Source: an uncultured virus (IMG/VR IMGVR_UViG_3300032116_000116) (Duplodnaviria; Heunggongvirae; Uroviricota; Caudoviricetes). From it: DNA of 20,000 bases. The stretch covers positions 57,753 to 77,752 of the IMG/VR virus record IMGVR_UViG_3300032116_000116. One strand, given 5' to 3'. Below, in pieces: positions 15,034 through 20,000 of the stretch. A model generated the notes under the pieces. It saw only the letters and a list, made by a program, of their open reading frames with translations, had not been told where the DNA came from and did no database searches. The position numbers were made by a program, and so were the translations under genes. Position 1 is the first letter of the stretch, and the number at the start of each line of letters is the position of its first letter.

Positions 15034-15312
15034 TTATTTATATATTTTTACCGCATACATTTGACCTCTTCTATGATAATGAGTTATTGATATGGCATAT
15101 ATCTCAGGTTGATCAACAATGTAAATCATATTATCAACCCTATCATTACTTAAAATATGGTAATTTTCGTTTATTTCTTTATAGTATCCAATTTCATTAT
15201 CACCCGTAATATCTAAACTATCTTTACTTAATTCCTGATAAGTTTGAATGTTATCTAAATTAGGTTTAAATATGTCTTCGGGTAAATAGGAAAACACCTC
15301 TTGTATTGTCAT
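15034..15312 (-). CDS. Hypothetical protein (92 aa)
   Basis: ATGA overlap with the upstream gene. Confidence 0.7.
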   Translation of the reverse strand: MTIQEVFSYLPEDIFKPNLDNIQTYQELSKDSLDITGDNEIGYYKEINENYHILSNDRVDNMIYIVDQPEIYAISITHYHRRGQMYAVKIYK

Positions 15313-15596
15313 ATTTTTGCTTTTTTATAAACAAGTTTTATTGTGTCACCAATTTTATAAATATCTCTTCTTGTTGTTGTAAACTTGAAATCACAATCTG
15401 TGATATACACATATTTTGGTTCGATGTCCATTACAGATACTTGTGGTAATCTATAAAACGTATCTATAATACAATTCTCCACACGGTCACCCTCTTCAAT
15501 TTTTGGTGGATCAACACATCCAACAAATAATATTGCGAATATTAAAACTGCGATAAACCAAATAATAACAATGTAAGTAAATAAATTCTTTTTCAT
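15309..15596 (-). CDS. Putative lipoprotein or membrane-anchored protein (95 aa)
   Basis: MKK, a hydrophobic stretch and FVG-C. Confidence 0.65.
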   Translation of the reverse strand: MKKNLFTYIVIIWFIAVLIFAILFVGCVDPPKIEEGDRVENCIIDTFYRLPQVSVMDIEPKYVYITDCDFKFTTTRRDIYKIGDTIKLVYKKAKI

Positions 15597-15597
15597 T

Positions 15598-15939
15598 TTA
15601 TAAAAATATTTGAGTTAAAATTATTAACAGACCCAAGAATAAACATATATAACTTTTTAATGTTAGAGGTTCGTTAAATATTAAAACACTTAACCATGTG
15701 AAAACTATCACACCAATACCAAAACCAATAAGTCTAGATGGCCATATTTGTCCATCATAACCATCAATGAGATAATTGGTTGATTTTATAAAAAACCAAC
15801 CTATCGGGATACTTGACAACAGGACTAACCAAAAATACTTTTTATTCCAATCATATTTGTAGGAACATTGTAACTGTAAAAATGTTGCAACTTGCCCGAG
15901 TATCCCGTAAAATACACCAAGTATTATTTTATAATTCAT
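15598..15939 (-). CDS. Four-TM DMT/SMR-like membrane protein (113 aa)
   Basis: Four hydrophobic helices; LSVLIFNEPLTLK...LGLLII resembles the DMT-superfamily C-terminal motif. Confidence 0.6.
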   Translation of the reverse strand: MNYKIILGVFYGILGQVATFLQLQCSYKYDWNKKYFWLVLLSSIPIGWFFIKSTNYLIDGYDGQIWPSRLIGFGIGVIVFTWLSVLIFNEPLTLKSYICLFLGLLIILTQIFL

Positions 15940-16267
15940 TTGTTATTTTTTCTAACTCTTGGTATGTTTTATTTGTTTCTTCTTTAAGAAAATGTAATTT
16001 AGAATGAGATAGATTTTTATATTGCGATAACATATATAAAATTGATGAATGATCTCTTCCCGATAATTGTTCGCCAATCTTTTTCAATGTCATTTTATGT
16101 TTGTTCTTTAAAAGAACACATATAAACATTCTAACTTTGACGAGTTCATCTTTTCTTGATTTACTAACAACTTCATTTGGTTCAATCTGAAAGTAATCCG
16201 ATACTTTATTGATTAAAGAAATCATTTGTTCATCTGTGAGATTGTTTTTCGGTTTTTTTTGATACAT
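15929..16267 (-). CDS. Stand-alone DnaA domain IV (Bac_DnaA_C) helix-turn-helix protein
   Basis: VSDYFQI...SKSRKDELVKVR...TLKKIGEQLSGRDHSSILY matches the DnaA signature. There is no AAA+ domain. Confidence 0.8.
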   Translation of the reverse strand: MYQKKPKNNLTDEQMISLINKVSDYFQIEPNEVVSKSRKDELVKVRMFICVLLKNKHKMTLKKIGEQLSGRDHSSILYMLSQYKNLSHSKLHFLKEETNKTYQELEKITNEL

Positions 16268-16284
16268 TTTATTATATTTGGGGA

Positions 16285-16833
16285 TTAAGAATTAAGATAT
16301 AGTCTGTTATTATTGTAATAAGCAACAGGATTATTTTCAGCAATTAAACCGTATTCGTTTTTTACTTTTTCGTATATGGTTTCATTACTTTCATTTATAC
16401 ATTCCGCTAATATATGACAAAATCCGTAATTAGATTCATCAACAACATCTTGTCCCATTCCAGGTAGACCACAATAATTTGCTTCTCCAACTTCAGATAT
16501 AAACATTCCAGAATAAAACCCTTTTAGATCATACCTATCAACAAACATATCGGCATTACACCAAATGAAAACACTATTGTCTTTTTTCTCTAACAATGGA
16601 ACCATTGTGTGATCAATTATAAATCCATGTGTGTCTTTAAATTGACCTACGGAGAACAAACCACCTGGTGATCCATGACCCATCATCATGACCCTATCAT
16701 GTTGTTCAATTAATTCTCTTAAATCTTCTTTACTAATACCACCAGTTATAACTGTTTTATTCGGTATTGGTGTGTATACAATATCTAAAAATGATGTTGT
16801 ATCGTCTTTTGGATGTACTATTAATGTTTTCAT
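16285..16833 (-). CDS. Putative clan CD (caspase/gingipain-like fold) His-Cys peptidase
   Basis: Hydrophobic strand then MMMGHG, and about 35 aa later VFIWC. Confidence 0.45.
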   Translation of the reverse strand: MKTLIVHPKDDTTSFLDIVYTPIPNKTVITGGISKEDLRELIEQHDRVMMMGHGSPGGLFSVGQFKDTHGFIIDHTMVPLLEKKDNSVFIWCNADMFVDRYDLKGFYSGMFISEVGEANYCGLPGMGQDVVDESNYGFCHILAECINESNETIYEKVKNEYGLIAENNPVAYYNNNRLYLNS

Positions 16834-17867
16834 TATGCTCTGTTATTTGTTTCGGGAAAAGGTATTTCTTGTTGTACGTATACTCGATCCACATTTTCAT
16901 TAATTAATTCACTGACGATTCTTCTAACTCTACTATTATCATATTCACTAGCAAGTATATTTGGTTCGACCATCGGTTCATCCCAATTAATTTCGTCAGG
17001 TAAATCTTCCTCTATTTCATCCTCTGAATCCAATTCTCTGATTGGTGCCAAAGCAATGGGTTCATCTATCATAGGATAGGATCGAAAATTTTCTTCTTCA
17101 TATTTTTCACCAATTAATGATAAGTTTGACACAAAATTGTTTTCGGTTTCATTTAAAATTATATCTAAAATATTTTTAGGTAAACAACTTTGCATAGAAT
17201 CTATTCTTTCATCAATTTGATTCCAAAAACTAAATTCAATATCTTTGATCGATCTGAAAGACGCTACCTTTAGACCTGTTTTTTTATTTATGACATATAT
17301 AAGAATACCTCTTCCTGCATATTTTCTAAAGTACGATTTATCCTCCATGGTTGTACACCATTTTGTATTTGATCCGTATCTTTTTGATGCCTCATATGTT
17401 AATGGTCTAACAACTATCCATTCACCATCATCATGTAATTTCAATATTTGTTTTTCCATTTCTTTTTCAACTGACTTCATTTCAGCAATTGTCAATTGAT
17501 CTATTATTTCTTGAAAGTTATCATATGATGATAAATCATTTTTTTCAACCAAACCTCTCTCATTTAATTCACAGAATTTTTTAAATCTAACCACATCCCC
17601 AACACTAAAATAATCATCAAATATTTTGTAAAATAATAAAATTTGTATTGAGGTAAATTTATTTAATTTTTCACAATCAATTCCAAATTTTGTCTCCAAT
17701 ATTTTTTTTACTTCTTCACCATATTCATCAATTCTTTTCGTTCTTTTCATTAATCTCAGACCCAACTCAATATATTTTGATTTATCTTCGGGACAAATTA
17801 ATGAAAAAAGATCAACAAGATTAATACAGTTTTCAAATTCGTTTCTTAAATTTTTAATTCTTGACAT
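16833..17867 (-). CDS. Phage protein with the S-x-x-YG-x(4)-WC domain and an acidic tail (344 aa)
   Basis: NDLSSY...VVRPLTYEASKRYGSNTKWCTT...FRKY...GILIYVINK. Confidence 0.8.
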   Translation of the reverse strand: MSRIKNLRNEFENCINLVDLFSLICPEDKSKYIELGLRLMKRTKRIDEYGEEVKKILETKFGIDCEKLNKFTSIQILLFYKIFDDYFSVGDVVRFKKFCELNERGLVEKNDLSSYDNFQEIIDQLTIAEMKSVEKEMEKQILKLHDDGEWIVVRPLTYEASKRYGSNTKWCTTMEDKSYFRKYAGRGILIYVINKKTGLKVASFRSIKDIEFSFWNQIDERIDSMQSCLPKNILDIILNETENNFVSNLSLIGEKYEEENFRSYPMIDEPIALAPIRELDSEDEIEEDLPDEINWDEPMVEPNILASEYDNSRVRRIVSELINENVDRVYVQQEIPFPETNNRA

Positions 17868-17876
17868 AGTATAGTT

Positions 17877-18014
17877 TTATATTGTTTCTTCTTCGATTTC
17901 GTTTAGTAATTCATTTTCTTCTTGTGTTCTTCTCTTTTTGAATTTTTGAACATCAATAACCATTTTTGTTACTAATGAAAGCAAAAGTACTAAAAAAATT
18001 GTTGATCCAATCAT
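17877..18014 (-). CDS. Small membrane protein missing from the ORF track (45 aa, MIGSTIFLVLLLSLVTK...)
   Basis: Translated by hand. It fills the gap and has an N-terminal TM helix. Confidence 0.6.
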   Translation of the reverse strand: MIGSTIFLVLLLSLVTKMVIDVQKFKKRRTQEENELLNEIEEETI

Positions 18015-18017
18015 AAT

Positions 18018-18473
18018 TTAAAATTTTAATTTTTGTTTTGATAATGTTATATTTGAAAATTCTTTTTCTCCTGTTATTTCTCTACCAAACCAGTCTATCG
18101 GTTTGAATTTGTCACAATCTTCTTGTGTTTTAAATTCAACTTCGGCAACTACTAAACCATTCGGATATGTATCGATATCAACAACATATTCACCACCGTG
18201 TGGGGACAATGTTGTCCTTATTTTTTCAAGTCTGTGCTTACATTTACCCAACATTTCCAAACCATCCAATAGTGGTATCTCATATTCGTATTCATCACGA
18301 ATTTTATCTTTTGTATATTTTATACACAAGAAACTTTGATGGTCTATTACTCGTACTCTAACTTGTTTTCCTTTGTCGTGAAAAATATAACCTTGTTTTA
18401 TAAGTTTTTTTGGTCCGAGATCTGGTGATATCGAAGTTTCAATTAAAAACTTTCTTTCAATTTCTTTTGCCAT
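18018..18473 (-). CDS. CYTH-domain protein (triphosphate tunnel metalloenzyme)
   Basis: EIERKFL, QGY, VRVR, RDEYEYEI, EKIR, AEVEF, WFGREIT. Confidence 0.9.
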   Translation of the reverse strand: MAKEIERKFLIETSISPDLGPKKLIKQGYIFHDKGKQVRVRVIDHQSFLCIKYTKDKIRDEYEYEIPLLDGLEMLGKCKHRLEKIRTTLSPHGGEYVVDIDTYPNGLVVAEVEFKTQEDCDKFKPIDWFGREITGEKEFSNITLSKQKLKF

Positions 18474-18482
18474 TTTTAATTT

Positions 18483-19097
18483 TTAGGGACAATACAATAT
18501 TGTTGGATTATCTTTATGAACATCAAGTCTAACATCTAAATCGTTTATCAAAAGTTTAAATTTAGACAGATTAAATGGTCTTGTAATCATATGATAACCA
18601 TTTTTTGTTGGTAGAACTTCCAACATGGGTTCTTTACCTGTTTCTGTTTGTAAATTTTCAACGTAATTATGTATACGAACTAAAACATCCATTCTGTTTT
18701 CAAAGTCTTTGAAATCTACATCAACTATCCATTTTTTATCTTTATCTGAATGGAACTCACCACAGACCGAGTCAAACGCATTTTTAATTGCTGAATTGTT
18801 TCCACTTGAAATGTGATCGGCAACTCTCTTAATCATTTGAAGACCATTCTTTTTATAGTTTCTTTTGTTTAAACGAAAATACGCTCTAGCATTTTCATAA
18901 TCACATAAAGACATTATCCTCGGAATAATTTTTATATAGTGGTCAATTGATTCGACATAGTAGTTTTTAATAACTACCATATCTCTATCCATTTCAGGAT
19001 TGTCCTTTCTTCTTTTAAGGATCTGTAAAAAATAAAAATCATCCTTATCAAAAGATAACATTGTTCCGATTTTTGCACTATTATCTACCGACATCAT
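18483..19097 (-). CDS. AEP primase-polymerase-like phage protein (204 aa)
   Basis: WIVDVD (DxD, motif I) and PTKNGYHMIT (motif II). Confidence 0.55.
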   Translation of the reverse strand: MMSVDNSAKIGTMLSFDKDDFYFLQILKRRKDNPEMDRDMVVIKNYYVESIDHYIKIIPRIMSLCDYENARAYFRLNKRNYKKNGLQMIKRVADHISSGNNSAIKNAFDSVCGEFHSDKDKKWIVDVDFKDFENRMDVLVRIHNYVENLQTETGKEPMLEVLPTKNGYHMITRPFNLSKFKLLINDLDVRLDVHKDNPTILYCP

Positions 19098-19372
19098 CTA
19101 CCGAATTTAAAATTTTTCAAATCAATATAATCAGGAACTGATATGTTTTTTATTTTTCGATATTCTTTTTCATTACACATCATTGGATATGTTTCACCAT
19201 ACGTCTCATTACATCTTACGGAAAATTCCTCGATGAAACTAATAATGTTATTTAGGTGATCATCTGACAGATCTTTTATTAATCTATATTTTAATGGTTC
19301 ATCACCATTTTTACCGAATGATCCCCATTGTTGTGTCTGCCTAATTTCTTCATGTTTTTGAATATCAAACAT
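19094..19372 (-). CDS. Hypothetical phage protein (92 aa)
   Basis: WGSFGKNGDEPLKY..IKDLSDDHL.NII pattern. Confidence 0.75.
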   Translation of the reverse strand: MFDIQKHEEIRQTQQWGSFGKNGDEPLKYRLIKDLSDDHLNNIISFIEEFSVRCNETYGETYPMMCNEKEYRKIKNISVPDYIDLKNFKFGR

Positions 19373-19374
19373 AA

Positions 19375-19551
19375 TTAATTGTTTTTATTTCTGTTAACTA
19401 AAAGATAAACCATAAAATATGAAGTAAAATATGATAATAAAAACCAGTCCCACCAACCCATAGTTTCATTGTAAATGTATTGTCTGGTACTATACACTCC
19501 AAGTATATAAACCCCAATTGTATAAAATATAAAGGCAAAAAATCTTTTCAT
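19375..19551 (-). CDS. Small two-TM membrane protein (58 aa, start at MKRFFAF)
   Basis: A TAATG coupling with the exonuclease stop suggests the start is 19551 rather than 19587. Confidence 0.65.
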   Translation of the reverse strand: MKRFFAFIFYTIGVYILGVYSTRQYIYNETMGWWDWFLLSYFTSYFMVYLLVNRNKNN

Positions 19552-20000
19552 TAATAAAATTTTCTTAAAACTTGAACCACGTCCCAAGCATCTTCTAAAG
19601 CATTATGTGTAACAATTCCTTCGATTCCCTTTCTTTCTTTACATTTTGTTAGTGAAGGTAATGAATCATCATTGATCCAATCAACACATAATATCGCAGG
19701 ATCTAATACTCGTTGTCTTGTTCTGATTAATTTTTGCCACCAAGGAAGTTGTTGTAAGAACAACTTGTCAAATGTACCAAAGTTTTTACCCGCAACATTA
19801 ATCGTTATTGGTTTAGTCCCGTTGTTTATCATGGGTCTATGTTTACCATTAACATGTTCAACATAACCACCACTATTATTAATAAGACCATGACCTAAAC
19901 CATTTTCTTCTAAGAACCAATATAATTGTTTGACAACATCTTCTTTCTCCAAAAAAAGATAATCGGTATGTGTATTCATATTGAATCTTAGTTCATCGTC
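19551..20000 (-). CDS. DEDDh 3'-5' exonuclease (DnaQ-like), 5' end outside the window
   Basis: ExoII AGKNFGTFDKLFL and ExoIII HNALEDAWD. The frame stays open to position 20000. Confidence 0.8.
   Translation of the reverse strand, partial: DDELRFNMNTHTDYLFLEKEDVVKQLYWFLEENGLGHGLINNSGGYVEHVNGKHRPMINNGTKPITINVAGKNFGTFDKLFLQQLPWWQKLIRTRQRVLDPAILCVDWINDDSLPSLTKCKERKGIEGIVTHNALEDAWDVVQVLRKFY

Noticed and set aside
1893..19866. Short plus-strand ORFs antisense to minus-strand genes (1893, 3454, 3955, 6412, 7825, 8259, 9747, 13101, 15813, 16688, 17245, 18103, 18167, 19672)
   Set aside because: Shadow frames of well-supported, translationally coupled minus-strand genes.
1..20000. Stop-codon reassignment
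   Set aside because: Recognisable genes (gmd, fcl, CYTH, HAD) are intact under the standard code, and genes tile tightly using TAA, TGA and TAG as stops.

Overview
AT-rich, densely packed accessory region of what is most likely a large (jumbo/huge) dsDNA phage of a Bacteroidota host. Support for this: about 45 short, mostly minus-strand genes with overlapping stop/start junctions, no obvious Shine-Dalgarno sites, TAnnTTTG-type promoters, small lipoproteins and a T9SS-like C-terminal domain. Recognisable genes are a gmd-fcl pair (GDP-L-fucose synthesis), a TIGR02594/CHAP-like wall hydrolase, a DUF3445/HODM-like protein, a HAD (SAK_2-like) phosphatase, a stand-alone DnaA domain IV HTH, a CYTH protein, an AEP primase-like protein and a DEDDh exonuclease cut by the window edge. 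The most unusual signals are: (1) a 144-nt tRNA-like RNA whose anticodon/variable region is replaced by a structured ~94-nt insert; (2) three copies of a covarying hairpin with tandem G.A mismatches and a GAA triloop, bracketing a plus-strand gene; (3) one identical 16-24 bp stop/start sequence reused at three consecutive gene boundaries; (4) a family of TAVEW proteins built from shuffled short modules; (5) strong but patchy GpC depletion. All family calls come from motif recognition by eye, not from database searches.
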